The notes: generated by a model not told the origin, from the letters alone. Positions 8,938 through 18,919 are shown, numbered from the stretch's first letter. The stretch is DNA of 64,000 nt from Candidatus Hydrogenedentota bacterium (GCA_034669905.1 JAXMOL010000031.1:25111-89110); one strand, 5' to 3'. Made by a program: numbers and translations.

Positions 8938-11937
8938 CTAGTCCGACACCACGTCCTTCGCCAACAGCCCCGGGGAGCGGGTCACGATCGTTAATTCGTG
9001 CTGCCCGGTAAGGCCACTGAGGTCGATGATACCCGTTGCTGAATTAAAGGGCACGTCTACCCCGGCCGCCGTCACGGACACCATCTGAAAGGGTTCCGGC
9101 AGGCGAATCTTGAGCTTCGTTTCCTCCATGACGTCCCGCGTGGGCAAGTCCACCGAAACATCCACACGCTGCTCGGCCAGCCGGGAAGCGATGCGGTAGC
9201 TCACAGGACCAAAGCAGGTCGGCGCGGCATCCACCACGATTTCCTTGCCGTGCTCCAACCATTCCCGCGGGGTCGCGTGGGCCAGGTAAAGACTCTCGGG
9301 CAAACCGGTTTCGTGATTGAAAGAATCGCGGACCAGCATGAGGCGCAGATTCAAAAGCAACGCACAGTTGTTGGCACTCGTCGGGCCCCCATAGGTGGAG
9401 CGATAATATTCACCGGGACGCTCGCCCAGCGTACTCCCTTCGCCCGTAACGAAGGTATTGCGTGTCATGCCGTGGGCCAGCTTGCCGTAGAAGGTCAAGA
9501 CCTGCCGCTCGGCCATGTCCTGGGCCGCAATCATCCGCAGGTAAGCCGGCAGATACACATTGTCCACCCCCGTGGTGTAATAGCCCGGCAGGCCATCGCG
9601 CCGAAAGGAGCCAATGGGCGTCGGGTAATAATTGAAGCGCAACATTCCCAGGAAGGTCGCACCGTGGCCGTGCATGTAGTCGGCGATCCGGCCCAACTCT
9701 GGGCCGTCCATGGGCCAATAGCCCGTGGCAAAGGCATAGGGAATAACCAGGTTCCAGTAGCTTCCGATGCGGGTTTCGGTAATCGACGTGTAGGGCAACT
9801 CGCCGGTGTAGAGGGCACGGGGCACGAAGAGGGACCCATCTTTCATCTCAGTGACGGCCTCGGTCATCCCTTTGTCGATGGCGGCCTTGAGCTGGTCCGC
9901 GAGGGGACGATACCGGTCATACAGGTCCGTGCGGCCAATCGCTTTCCACACTTCCGCCATATCACGGATGCCCTGCCACCCGACGGTCTGGTGGAAAATG
10001 TAGTGGGCCACTTCCGGGATGTCGCCACACTGGCGCTGCTTTGTGAGGAGGCCGTATTCATCTTCGGCCATCTGCTGCTTGAAGATTTCGCAAATCTCGA
10101 CGAAGGCCTCGGTGTGCTTCGCAATGAAATCGGCGTCACGGGTGAGGAAATAGTAGTGCGCGCCGTGGGTGAGCTTTTCGCCCCGCTCCCAATTAATGTA
10201 GTAGCCTTCGCCCTTGGTCATGTCGAGCAGGGCACCCAGCCCATCGCGATAGGCCTGGGGATGACCAAACTCGCCGAGGGTTTGCACCGCGTCACTGCTC
10301 TCCGGTTGGTAGAAGCTGTCGTGATAGACCACGGAGCCCAGGCTATAGCGCCAGCGCAGGATGAGGTTCTGCATGAGCAGGTTCCGCTGCACATCCATGA
10401 CGTGGGCTTCGGGCACCTGGAAACGCATCACGGGGGCCAATTCTTTTGTCCAGTAAGCCACCATGGATTCCCGGGCCGATTCATAGCCTGCTGCGGAAAC
10501 TTGAATCCCGTCATTGAGCGGCGCTTCCGGCGACCAACACACATAGAGCGTGTGGGTGCCCGGCGCTACGGTCCAGGCAATGCCGTCCTCCGATTTATCG
10601 ACGCGCTGAAAGCCGTCGGACACGTCAACACGGCAGCGACTCCCGGCGTCATCCCCGAAATCGAGATACAATTCGGCGGTATCATTCTCTTCGAGTACCG
10701 AAACTTCCATGCGCACAAAGGCCAATACGCCCTCGTGGCCCGGAACTTCGGCGGCGAAACTGGTCTGCTGATAGCGATTTCCGCTGCGATCCGTGTAGCC
10801 CGTTTCCAATATGGGCAGGTAGTTCTCCGCGAGGTAAGGGCCGTTCAAGCGCTCCAGCACACTCCCGTAAACCTCTTTGTTTGATCCCACACGCCACGCA
10901 AGGAAATCTTCACTCTGATAGACATTCGCCGCAATACGGCTGCCATCGGCCAGGGGCACCAGGTAAGGCGGCTCACCCCCACTCTTGCCGAAGAGGAGAT
11001 TGTGCACCCCCATTTCCGTATAGGCGTGTCCCGTGGAAAAAAAGAGGGGGTGGAGTATGTCCTTCATGTTTTCATAGGTGGCACCCCCCTGGGCAATAAG
11101 GGCCTCGCCCCAGACATCCCGATTTGATTCCAGGGCTTCATTGAGCCGTGTCGCATAGGGGGTCAGCCCACCAGCTTCCCCGCCCTGGGGGTAGGCCGAC
11201 ACCTCAGCCTCAAACGACGCGGCAAGCGTGGCGACATCCAGGGCCGCGTCGTAGAGCCGTACTTCGCTGATGTAGCCTTCATAGCAATAGGCTTCCGTCT
11301 TGGGGAGATTCCCATAGGCTCCCAGAAGCAGGGGCGTGTCGTAGGCATCAATGGCCCCCGTAGCAGGAACCGCCTCCCCCGCCGGACCGCCGTTGCAATA
11401 GAGACGCAGGGCCGCGCCATCATAGGTCGCTGTCGCGCGGTTCCACCCTGATTCCAACGCAACATCCTTTACTACCAGGGAGACGAGCTTTCCGCCCAGA
11501 CTCACGTAAAAGGCCAGGGTTCTGGGATACTCCACGTCATCGGAAAGAAAAAGTCCATACTGATACATGGCTCCCTCGTGGGACGGAGCCGATTTCACAA
11601 CGAGGGGTTTCTGATTGAAGACCTGGCCGTCGGGCAACTTAAACCAAACCGTCAGGGACAGGTGCTCAGGGTTCAGCACCGGCGCGTTGGGGACTTCTAC
11701 ATAGCTGTCTTTTCCCCCAAACCACGCACTGGGATGGTCGATGAGATCTTCCACCCGCCAGAGGATATCCACACCATGAAGGCCCCCGGCCAACTCGGGT
11801 GTCACCTTGTTGGGCAGTCTGTCCCCTACTTCCGCCGTCGCCGCCCAATGGGCCACGGGGTCCGTCGCCAGCGCCCCCACCGCAAACATCATTGCCCCGA
11901 TAAATACCAGGCCCTTGAAACACGTCACCAAATACAC
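8938..11937 (-). CDS. Secreted LamG/ConA-like domain + putative (alpha/alpha)6 glycoside hydrolase
   Basis: LamG motifs WNRATATYDG, LRLYCNG, ISEVRLYD; helical catalytic region; C-terminal ATPREWL...DAAPTCFGPVSY beta-sandwich. GTG at 11937 has a GAGGGAG RBS. Confidence 0.7.
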   Translation of the reverse strand: MYLVTCFKGLVFIGAMMFAVGALATDPVAHWAATAEVGDRLPNKVTPELAGGLHGVDILWRVEDLIDHPSAWFGGKDSYVEVPNAPVLNPEHLSLTVWFKLPDGQVFNQKPLVVKSAPSHEGAMYQYGLFLSDDVEYPRTLAFYVSLGGKLVSLVVKDVALESGWNRATATYDGAALRLYCNGGPAGEAVPATGAIDAYDTPLLLGAYGNLPKTEAYCYEGYISEVRLYDAALDVATLAASFEAEVSAYPQGGEAGGLTPYATRLNEALESNRDVWGEALIAQGGATYENMKDILHPLFFSTGHAYTEMGVHNLLFGKSGGEPPYLVPLADGSRIAANVYQSEDFLAWRVGSNKEVYGSVLERLNGPYLAENYLPILETGYTDRSGNRYQQTSFAAEVPGHEGVLAFVRMEVSVLEENDTAELYLDFGDDAGSRCRVDVSDGFQRVDKSEDGIAWTVAPGTHTLYVCWSPEAPLNDGIQVSAAGYESARESMVAYWTKELAPVMRFQVPEAHVMDVQRNLLMQNLILRWRYSLGSVVYHDSFYQPESSDAVQTLGEFGHPQAYRDGLGALLDMTKGEGYYINWERGEKLTHGAHYYFLTRDADFIAKHTEAFVEICEIFKQQMAEDEYGLLTKQRQCGDIPEVAHYIFHQTVGWQGIRDMAEVWKAIGRTDLYDRYRPLADQLKAAIDKGMTEAVTEMKDGSLFVPRALYTGELPYTSITETRIGSYWNLVIPYAFATGYWPMDGPELGRIADYMHGHGATFLGMLRFNYYPTPIGSFRRDGLPGYYTTGVDNVYLPAYLRMIAAQDMAERQVLTFYGKLAHGMTRNTFVTGEGSTLGERPGEYYRSTYGGPTSANNCALLLNLRLMLVRDSFNHETGLPESLYLAHATPREWLEHGKEIVVDAAPTCFGPVSYRIASRLAEQRVDVSVDLPTRDVMEETKLKIRLPEPFQMVSVTAAGVDVPFNSATGIIDLSGLTGQHELTIVTRSPGLLAKDVVSD

Positions 11938-11959
11938 GTCACACACTCCCTCGATAGCA

Positions 11960-12742
11960 CTACGAGCAGGGGCGAAGCAACAACACATCATCCGCCTCAT
12001 CTGCCCTGATGTATTCACTGTAGTCGAGCAGGGGCAAGGATTCCAATTCTACGTCGCCCAGTGTAACGCGTTCGCCCGTTTTCAAGGCGCTGCCCTGTCG
12101 CAAGTGGGTCAACACCTGAAAGAGGAGGGACGTCATCTGTGCTTCCGGGCGGTCTGCCCCATCCACCAGCGCCACATTTTGACTGCCGAGTTCCCGCGCC
12201 CCCCGAGACACATAATAGGTCACGTCGTGGATATGCAGGGGACAAACGTTGATAAGGCGCTCGTGGCAGGCCTCAGGCGACCCGTCCACTACTTCACGTA
12301 ACACTTCCGATAAGGACGTGGTGTCAAAACACTGCTGTGCATTGCCATGGACGACGCCCAAGAGCCCCAGCGGCGCAAACATCTCGGCAAGACGAAACAT
12401 GTCCAAGGTGGCCGCCACCCCATCCCCCCGATACGTGTCATACCAGCAGCTGAGGTGAAAGGTATGGGCCTGAAGCGATTCCAGCGTCCGATCGGGGCGT
12501 CGGGTGGTATGAATATACCGGTCCAGGCGGCCCAATGGGCTATTCATTCCCACGGCCTTGATACTACCGTTGGGCAGGCCGACCTTCATCACGACGCCAT
12601 CATCCAGGGTCATCTCGTGCAAGGGGCCGTCGGGCCAGCCACTGATGGAGACCCCATTGGTTTCCATCACCGACGTACTGCGGCAGGAATCCCGAAAGGC
12701 GTCATAGGCGGAAAACAACATGGTGATCTGCGGATACTTCAT
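11960..12742 (-). CDS. Hypothetical protein
   Basis: 260-aa ORF co-oriented with its neighbours, GGAGA RBS before MKYPQ; no family recognised with confidence. Confidence 0.6.
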   Translation of the reverse strand: MKYPQITMLFSAYDAFRDSCRSTSVMETNGVSISGWPDGPLHEMTLDDGVVMKVGLPNGSIKAVGMNSPLGRLDRYIHTTRRPDRTLESLQAHTFHLSCWYDTYRGDGVAATLDMFRLAEMFAPLGLLGVVHGNAQQCFDTTSLSEVLREVVDGSPEACHERLINVCPLHIHDVTYYVSRGARELGSQNVALVDGADRPEAQMTSLLFQVLTHLRQGSALKTGERVTLGDVELESLPLLDYSEYIRADEADDVLLLRPCS

Positions 12743-12875
12743 CCCAATCTCCCCGGTCACGCGATTCACGGGTTTCGGTGGCCTGGTCCGCATCGCGGCT
12801 CTCTCCAGTCCTCACAATCACTTTTTACACTATTCGCTCCCCGTTTGCAACACCAGCGCCCCGGTCACCTCCAAC

Positions 12876-14198
12876 CTACCCGGAGACGGCGGGTGAATCC
12901 AGCACCCGATGAAAATCTCGTGTCCCCTCAGCCTGCAACCGGGCATCTTGCTGACGGGCTGCCGGGGGAAGCTTTTCCCGCGCCGCCCCCATCTTCTGTA
13001 TGGCCAGGTGGGCGTCGAAAAGGTGGGTTCGGGGGGGCCGTTCACCCAGCGATTTCATGATGGTACTCAAGGGAAACACCAAGTCGTCCTGGAGCTCCAT
13101 TAACAGGCGAACGTGTTCCACATAGGGACCAATGACCGGGCCAACTCCCGAGCGCACCTGGGCCGTCGCCATGATGTAGAGGTGCTTGTAATCGGGGACC
13201 AGCGCCCCACCATACAGCTGGGCCACGGGCCCCTTGGTCTCGAAGAGTCCCTCCGCCAGAAAGGGCACGCTTACATGGTAGCCGGTGGCACACACGACCA
13301 CATCAAATCTATCGGAGGTGCCGTCCGTAAAATGGACCATCCGCCCATCAAAACGGGCAATGTCAGGACGGGCCTTCAGGGCTCCCCGCCGCAAATGCCG
13401 CAACACTTCGCTGCTGATAGTCGGGTGGCGCTCAAACAGATCATGGTCGGGCGTGGCAAGCCCATAGCGCTGATAGTTACCCACGCGCAAGCGCAGGAGC
13501 GCCTTGAGCACACGCCGTTGCCAGGGAATCGAAAGCCAGGGTGCGATGTATTCGACGGTGGGAATGCCGAAGATTTTTTTGGGCATGATCCAATAGCCCC
13601 GTCGCATACTCAAGTGGGCACGACGTCCTACCCGGGCTGCATTACACGCGAGGTCGCACGCGGAATTACCACCACCAATCACCAATACCCGTTTGCCCGC
13701 AAACTGGGTGGGAGACGTAAAACCGCTGGCATGGAGAAAGTCCCCCGTGAATTCACCGGGGTAGGTCGGCCACCTCGGATCCCAGTGGTGCCCGTTACAG
13801 ACAAAGACCCCCTTATAAATAACAGGATGTCCCGCTTCAAACTTGACGGTCCAACGTTCCCCTTCGGCAGGCGCCACATGTACCACACGCCGGAGAAACT
13901 GAATCTCATCTGCCAGCCCGAAGTGTTCGGCATAGGCGCGCAGGTAGTCCCGCATGTCGTCTCGTGTCGGAAAGACGCCGACCTTGCGCGACATGGGAAA
14001 CTCCGCAAACGCGGTCGTCTTGCGGGAGGTGACGAGTTCAATGCCCCGGTGGGCACCGTGCGACCACACGCCCCCAATTGCATCGGTGGCCTCAACATGG
14101 TCGTAGGGTACGCTGGCCTCTTTCAGTTGTCTGGCCATGGCGAGTCCAGTCGGCCCCGCCCCAATAATAAGCATGCGGTCTTCAGAAGGTACTACCAT
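12876..14198 (-). CDS. Flavin-containing monooxygenase (FMO family)
   Basis: GAGPTG FAD motif, CNGHH, FTGDFLHA FMO fingerprint, GGGNSA NADPH motif, CATGY. Confidence 0.9.
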   Translation of the reverse strand: MVVPSEDRMLIIGAGPTGLAMARQLKEASVPYDHVEATDAIGGVWSHGAHRGIELVTSRKTTAFAEFPMSRKVGVFPTRDDMRDYLRAYAEHFGLADEIQFLRRVVHVAPAEGERWTVKFEAGHPVIYKGVFVCNGHHWDPRWPTYPGEFTGDFLHASGFTSPTQFAGKRVLVIGGGNSACDLACNAARVGRRAHLSMRRGYWIMPKKIFGIPTVEYIAPWLSIPWQRRVLKALLRLRVGNYQRYGLATPDHDLFERHPTISSEVLRHLRRGALKARPDIARFDGRMVHFTDGTSDRFDVVVCATGYHVSVPFLAEGLFETKGPVAQLYGGALVPDYKHLYIMATAQVRSGVGPVIGPYVEHVRLLMELQDDLVFPLSTIMKSLGERPPRTHLFDAHLAIQKMGAAREKLPPAARQQDARLQAEGTRDFHRVLDSPAVSG

Positions 14199-14325
14199 TA
14201 AAATTCAGTCAATTCTGTGGGAAGTTGGAGTGACATAGAAAGGGGAATCTCGTGAGTATACCTGTTTAATGTGGGCCCTGTTAAGGGCAAGGCCCCTGCG
14301 TCGGCTCCGTCTGCCCATCGCATTC

Positions 14326-14354
14326 TTGCGAAGCCCGTGCACTTCGCCTATGAT
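14326..14354 (+). promoter_or_regulatory. Putative sigma70 promoter of gdh-cinA
   Basis: TTGCGA-17 nt-TATGAT about 40 nt upstream of the gdh ATG. Confidence 0.5.
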
Positions 14355-14393
14355 GGGGCTGCGTAGAGAGCGCGCCGCAGTCTAACCAGGAGT

Positions 14394-15806
14394 ATGGATG
14401 TGAGTGAATTAAGCTTCCTCGAAGGAGTCAACCGTTACTATGATATGGCCGAGCAGAGCCTCGATTTGCCGCCCGGCCTGGGGGCTAAAATCAAAGCCTG
14501 CAACTCCGTCTATATGGTGCGCTTCCCCATCGGTTTTCGCGATGGATACAAGGTCTTCACCGGGTGGCGCGTGGTCCACAGCGAGCACTTCCTCCCCGTT
14601 AAGGGGGGCATCCGCTATTCGGAAGTCGTCGATCAGGAGGAAGTCGAAGCCCTCGCGGCCCTCATGTCCTACAAATGCGCCATCGTCGATGTCCCCTTCG
14701 GCGGGGCCAAAGGCGCGCTCAAGATAAATCCCGCCGACTACGACGACTCCTCCATGGAGCGTATAACGCGGCGCTTCGCCCGGGAATTGGCCAATAAGGG
14801 CTACATCAGCCCCAGCCTCAACGTACCGGCCCCCGACATGGGGACGGGAGAACGGGAAATGGCCTGGATGGCCGATGAATACCGTCGTATGGCGCCCACA
14901 GATATCAACGCCATGGCCTGTGTCACCGGAAAACCCGTCAATCAAGGGGGCATACTCGGCCGCAGCGAAGCAACCGGACGGGGCGTCCAACTCGGACTTC
15001 GGGAGTTCTTCCGCCACAGTGAAGACGTCAACCGGGCGGGCCTGGACAATGGTCTGGCCGGTAAGCGCATCATCATCCAGGGCCTGGGTAAGGTGGGCTA
15101 CCCAGCGGCCAAGTTTCTCCACGAAGAGGACGACGCCCGAATAATCGCCATCCTGGAATACAACGGCGCCCTCCTCAACCCCGATGGTATCGACGTGGAA
15201 GCTGCCAAACAGTGGCAATTGGAACATCGAACCTTTGAAGGCTTCGGCGGCGGTACCTTTGTGCCAGATAGCACGCCCCTGCTCGAAGAAGATTGTGACA
15301 TCCTGATTCCGGCGGCCATGGAAGGGCAAATCACGACGGCAAACGCGCCCCGTATCAAGGCCAACCTGATTGCAGAAGCCGCCAACGGCCCCGTGACCTA
15401 TGGTGCCCATCAAATCCTGCGGGAACGCGGGATTGTCATCATCCCCGACATTTATCTCAATGCCGGTGGTGTGGTCGTATCCTATTTCGAGTGGATCAAG
15501 AATCTCTCTCACATCCGCCTGGGACGACTCGGACGCCGGGCCGACGAGGCCCGGGGCGATCATATCGTAAATGCCCTGGAGACCATGTCGGGCAAATCCG
15601 TCCCCAACGAATTGGCGAATCGCATTCGCCATGGCGCGGGTGAGCTTGACCTCGTGCGTTCCGGACTCGATGATACGATGCGGGAAGCCTATCAGCAGAT
15701 GCGGGAAGTGTATTTGAGCCGGAAGGATATTCCTGATTTGCGCACCGCCGGCTTCGCCATTGCCATCGAAAAAATATCGCGGGCCAATATCATGATGGGA
15801 GTCTGA
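14394..15806 (+). CDS. gdhA: Glutamate dehydrogenase (Glu/Leu/Phe/Val dehydrogenase family)
   Basis: KGGIRY, VPFGGAKG, VPAPDMGT, GRSEATGRGV, QGLGKVG, EAANGP, NAGGVVVSYFEW; AGGAG RBS. Confidence 0.95.
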   Translation: MDVSELSFLEGVNRYYDMAEQSLDLPPGLGAKIKACNSVYMVRFPIGFRDGYKVFTGWRVVHSEHFLPVKGGIRYSEVVDQEEVEALAALMSYKCAIVDVPFGGAKGALKINPADYDDSSMERITRRFARELANKGYISPSLNVPAPDMGTGEREMAWMADEYRRMAPTDINAMACVTGKPVNQGGILGRSEATGRGVQLGLREFFRHSEDVNRAGLDNGLAGKRIIIQGLGKVGYPAAKFLHEEDDARIIAILEYNGALLNPDGIDVEAAKQWQLEHRTFEGFGGGTFVPDSTPLLEEDCDILIPAAMEGQITTANAPRIKANLIAEAANGPVTYGAHQILRERGIVIIPDIYLNAGGVVVSYFEWIKNLSHIRLGRLGRRADEARGDHIVNALETMSGKSVPNELANRIRHGAGELDLVRSGLDDTMREAYQQMREVYLSRKDIPDLRTAGFAIAIEKISRANIMMGV

Positions 15807-15891
15807 GTTTCCCCCATCGCGCGCACCATCCCCTCATTTGTTCGTGGTACCATAGGGTCCTTATACCACGACTTTCGGAGAATACCTCGTC

Positions 15892-17055
15892 ATGAATGCC
15901 GAACTACTGATGATCGGCAGCGAACTGCTGCTGGGTCAGATACACGACACCAATTCCACCTACATTTCACAGGTCCTGGCTGAGCACGGCATCGGGTGCT
16001 ACCAGAAGACCACCATTGGCGACAATAAAGCCCGTATTATGGCCTCTTTGGACGCCGGACTCGATCGAAGCGATGTTATCCTCTGCAGTGGTGGCCTCGG
16101 CCCGACAGAAGACGATATAACACGAGAGTCGATTGCGGAGCTCCTCGGACTTCCCATGGAGTTTCGGGAATCGCTGTATGAAACCATATTGACGCGTTAC
16201 TCAAACGCCCGCCGCACCATCACCGAGAACAATAAGAAGCAGGCAACGTTGCCCAAAGGGGCTATCGCCATTGAAAACCCCAACGGCACGGCGCCCGGGG
16301 TCATCGTCGAGAGCGAGCGAGGCGTCATCATCTGCATGCCTGGCGTGCCCCACGAACTCAAGGCCATGCTGCACGACAGTGTGCTCCCCTATCTGAAGAA
16401 GAAATTCAAGATCTCCGGCACGGTCGTTTCTCATGTGTTGAAAGTGTGTGGCATGGGTGAGTCGGCCGTCGACGATCTCATCGGCGATCTAATGATTGAC
16501 GCCATCAACCCGACCGTTGGCCTGCTGGCCTCGCCCGAGTTTGTGCGGATTCGCATCACGGCGAAAGCCGACGACGAAGCCCACGCGCGCACCCTCATTG
16601 AGCCCGTGGCTGCCGAAGTGGCGAGACGCCTCGATGGTCGGATTATGGGTGAAGAGCAGGATGTACTCGAAGGCAAAGTCGCCGCACTGCTCAGGGCGCG
16701 CGATTGGCGTCTCGGTATCGCGGAGTCCCTCACTGGTGGCCTGATCGCCCAACGGTTACTACAGGCCGATCACGAAGTCATCGCGGAAGGGCGTATTGTG
16801 CCCCCCGGACGGGCGCACCGCGACGGCGACATCGCACTTGACGAAGCCATCGAGAAACTGCTACACTCTGGGGCTAACTGCACGCTCGTCTGCCATCTTT
16901 CATCGGATGACGGCGTGGCAATGGTAATTTTTGACACGCCCGAAAGACGCTATACTTGGGATATACCGGTCTTGGGCAGTGGAAACCGAGCACAAGTTCG
17001 ATTAGCGGTGGGCGTTTTAGAGTCCATCAGACGTGAGCTTACAAAGAGCAGTTAA
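15892..17055 (+). CDS. cinA: CinA-like protein (MoCF/ADP-ribose pyrophosphatase domain + degenerate PncC domain)
   Basis: IGSELLLG, DTNS, GGLGPTEDD, NPNGTAPG, PGVPHE; AESLTGG followed by a short divergent tail. Confidence 0.85.
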   Translation: MNAELLMIGSELLLGQIHDTNSTYISQVLAEHGIGCYQKTTIGDNKARIMASLDAGLDRSDVILCSGGLGPTEDDITRESIAELLGLPMEFRESLYETILTRYSNARRTITENNKKQATLPKGAIAIENPNGTAPGVIVESERGVIICMPGVPHELKAMLHDSVLPYLKKKFKISGTVVSHVLKVCGMGESAVDDLIGDLMIDAINPTVGLLASPEFVRIRITAKADDEAHARTLIEPVAAEVARRLDGRIMGEEQDVLEGKVAALLRARDWRLGIAESLTGGLIAQRLLQADHEVIAEGRIVPPGRAHRDGDIALDEAIEKLLHSGANCTLVCHLSSDDGVAMVIFDTPERRYTWDIPVLGSGNRAQVRLAVGVLESIRRELTKSS

Positions 17056-17249
17056 TCTATCTCTTCTATAAGACGACTGGGCGACGCTGTCCAGCAGGTT
17101 GATAATCCTGTGACAGCCCGGTGCGTGTACCCCCTCCACGCACCGCTGCAACCCTTTTGCAATGCGCCCCCTGATTCAGCCGATGTTTCGATTATCCTGT
17201 TGTGTGTGTGAGATACAGGATTTTCGGCCACACGGAGTGACCAGTATCC

Positions 17250-17612
17250 ATGTTTGAATTGATTGCCCTCATGATCCTGTCGCAGCAACCGCTGCAGCCG
17301 GTCGCCGAGGGGGTTGCCTCCTACTATACCGTAGCGAGCAGCAGCGCCCTTACCGCCTCTGGAGAGCCCCTCCGGGACGACCTCCTTACCTGTGCCATGC
17401 TGGACGGCGAATTCGGCCACTACTACCTCGTTTTGGCGGAAAACGGCAAATCGGTCATCTGCAAACTGAACGACCGTGGCCCCTATGTAAAAGATCGGGT
17501 CATTGACCTCTCCTTTGCCGCCATGCGCCGCCTCGATAGCGAAGCGGGCCTGATGAAAGTGCAGATTTATCACTTGGGCCCCAACCCCCCGCCCTTTGAA
17601 ACACTCAACTAA
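17250..17612 (+). CDS. RlpA-like double-psi beta-barrel protein (septal ring lytic transglycosylase family, catalytic domain only)
   Basis: GVASYY, TASGE, NGKSV, NDRGPY, RVIDLSFAA. Confidence 0.85.
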   Translation: MFELIALMILSQQPLQPVAEGVASYYTVASSSALTASGEPLRDDLLTCAMLDGEFGHYYLVLAENGKSVICKLNDRGPYVKDRVIDLSFAAMRRLDSEAGLMKVQIYHLGPNPPPFETLN

Positions 17613-17625
17613 GATACCGCCTGCT

Positions 17626-17654
17626 GAAATCCCCTCTTCGGAGGGGATTTTTTT
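17626..17654 (+). terminator. Rho-independent terminator
   Basis: AAATCCCCTC-TTCG-GAGGGGATTT followed by a T tract. Confidence 0.85.
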
Positions 17655-17699
17655 GTGTCGCCCTAGCAGGTCGGCGGTGCTCCACGAGACACCGGCGCC

Positions 17700-17728
17700 T
17701 TGCGCCCATGCCCCGTCTTCGCTACACT
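17700..17728 (+). promoter_or_regulatory. Putative sigma70 promoter
   Basis: TTGCGC-17 nt-TACACT upstream of the gene at 17783. Confidence 0.45.
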
Positions 17729-17782
17729 GAGCGTCTGTATATTGTTGACCCCTGACCTGTACTCAACCAGAGGAATTTACCC

Positions 17783-18460
17783 GTGCGTATCCCCTTCCAC
17801 GTAGCACTGCTTTTCTTGACCACAATTACCCCCGTTGCCCTGGCCAACGACGCCAAAGAAACCACACCAACGTTGCCCTTGCTCTTCGAAACCGACTTTT
17901 CCGGGGACCTCGCTGCCTGGACCATGACCGATCCCAAGGCCTGGAAAATTGCGGAAGACGAAGGCGATAAGCGCCTCTCCCTATTCGGAAAAAGCGACTA
18001 TGAAGCCCCGGTCCGCTCTCCCCACAATATTGCGCGGGTTAAAGATGTAGACGTGACGGATTTCGTGCTCGACGTGGACGCCCGTCAGACCGGGCGCGAG
18101 TATGGGCACCGTGATCTCTGCTTCTTTTTCGGTTATCAGGATCCCTCTCACTTCTACTATGTGCACCTGGCCACCAAGGCCGATGACCACGCCAACTCGA
18201 TCTTTCTCGTGAATGGCGCGCCCCGGGTGAGCATCGCGCAGAAGCGCACCGACGGCACCGATTGGAAAGAGGGATACCACCACATTCGCATCGCCCGGGA
18301 CACCAAGGCCGGCACGATCAAGGTCTACTTCAACAACATGGATGAGCCCGTGATGGAAACGGTCGACAAGACGTTCCTCAATGGCACGGTTGGTGTGGGG
18401 TCCTTCGACGATACGGGCAATTTCGACAACTTCAAAATCCACGGCGTCGCCACCAAGTAG
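17783..18460 (+). CDS. Secreted ConA/jelly-roll fold protein (DUF1080-like)
   Basis: GTG start with AGAGGA RBS, signal peptide, C-terminal GTVGVGSFDDTGNFDNF. Confidence 0.75.
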   Translation: MRIPFHVALLFLTTITPVALANDAKETTPTLPLLFETDFSGDLAAWTMTDPKAWKIAEDEGDKRLSLFGKSDYEAPVRSPHNIARVKDVDVTDFVLDVDARQTGREYGHRDLCFFFGYQDPSHFYYVHLATKADDHANSIFLVNGAPRVSIAQKRTDGTDWKEGYHHIRIARDTKAGTIKVYFNNMDEPVMETVDKTFLNGTVGVGSFDDTGNFDNFKIHGVATK

Positions 18461-18547
18461 TACGTCTTACGGTGGTCAACACACCGCCGCCACGACAAGA
18501 CGAACAGACCCCGTGCAACGGTCGCTACCCGACCCCATCCCCCTTAC

Positions 18548-18590
18548 GGTTCGAGGTCCTGATAGACTCAGGCCTCGAACCTTTTTTTAT
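18548..18590 (+). terminator. Rho-independent terminator
   Basis: GGTTCGAGG...CCTCGAACC hairpin followed by T7. Confidence 0.75.
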
Positions 18591-18644
18591 TCATGGGCCA
18601 ACGATGGGGGCGTATCGCTGTTTCTCAAGCTAATTGAGACCGGA

Positions 18645-18794
18645 CGTGCCGCGCGATCCCGAGGCACGAGGGTTCGTGCGCTTGGGGTAGCCGCGATGGG
18701 GAATGCCTGGGCCCCTGGTAGATCCAGCACGACGACATACGCACGAACCCGTCAGGACTCGTTGATACTCGCCTTTTGGGGATCGCGCGGCACG
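18645..18794. repeat. Long imperfect hairpin, copy 1 of the CGTGCCRCGCGAT family
   Basis: 16-bp terminal stem CGTGCCGCGCGATCCC/GGGATCGCGCGGCACG and inner GGGTTCGTGCG/CGCACGAACCC; related copies at 37339 and 53687. Confidence 0.75.
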
Positions 18795-18919
18795 CTTGTT
18801 ACCCAAAGCCACTTTTCCCAGATGACATTCCCCACTATGTGCCCCGGAACCTTGTTGCCGCCTGATAGCGCAGTACCGCGCTGAGTGCGATCTCTCAGGG
18901 GGCCATCTGGGTGTAGCAA

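Noticed and set aside
14409..15632. 407-aa ORF antisense to gdhA, and similar long antisense ORFs (1935-3098, 7191-8513, 19932-21653, 34854-37181, 62160-63983)
   Set aside because: Shadow frames of clearly recognisable genes, produced by high-GC codon bias; no family motifs.
17097..17115. DnaA-box-like GTTGATAA (possible oriC)
   Set aside because: Single degenerate match, no box cluster, AT-rich unwinding element or dnaA context.
18645..18794. 6S RNA or SRP RNA
   Set aside because: Rod-like, but lacks the SRP helix-8 motif and a recognisable 6S central bubble; related copies elsewhere point to a repeat family.
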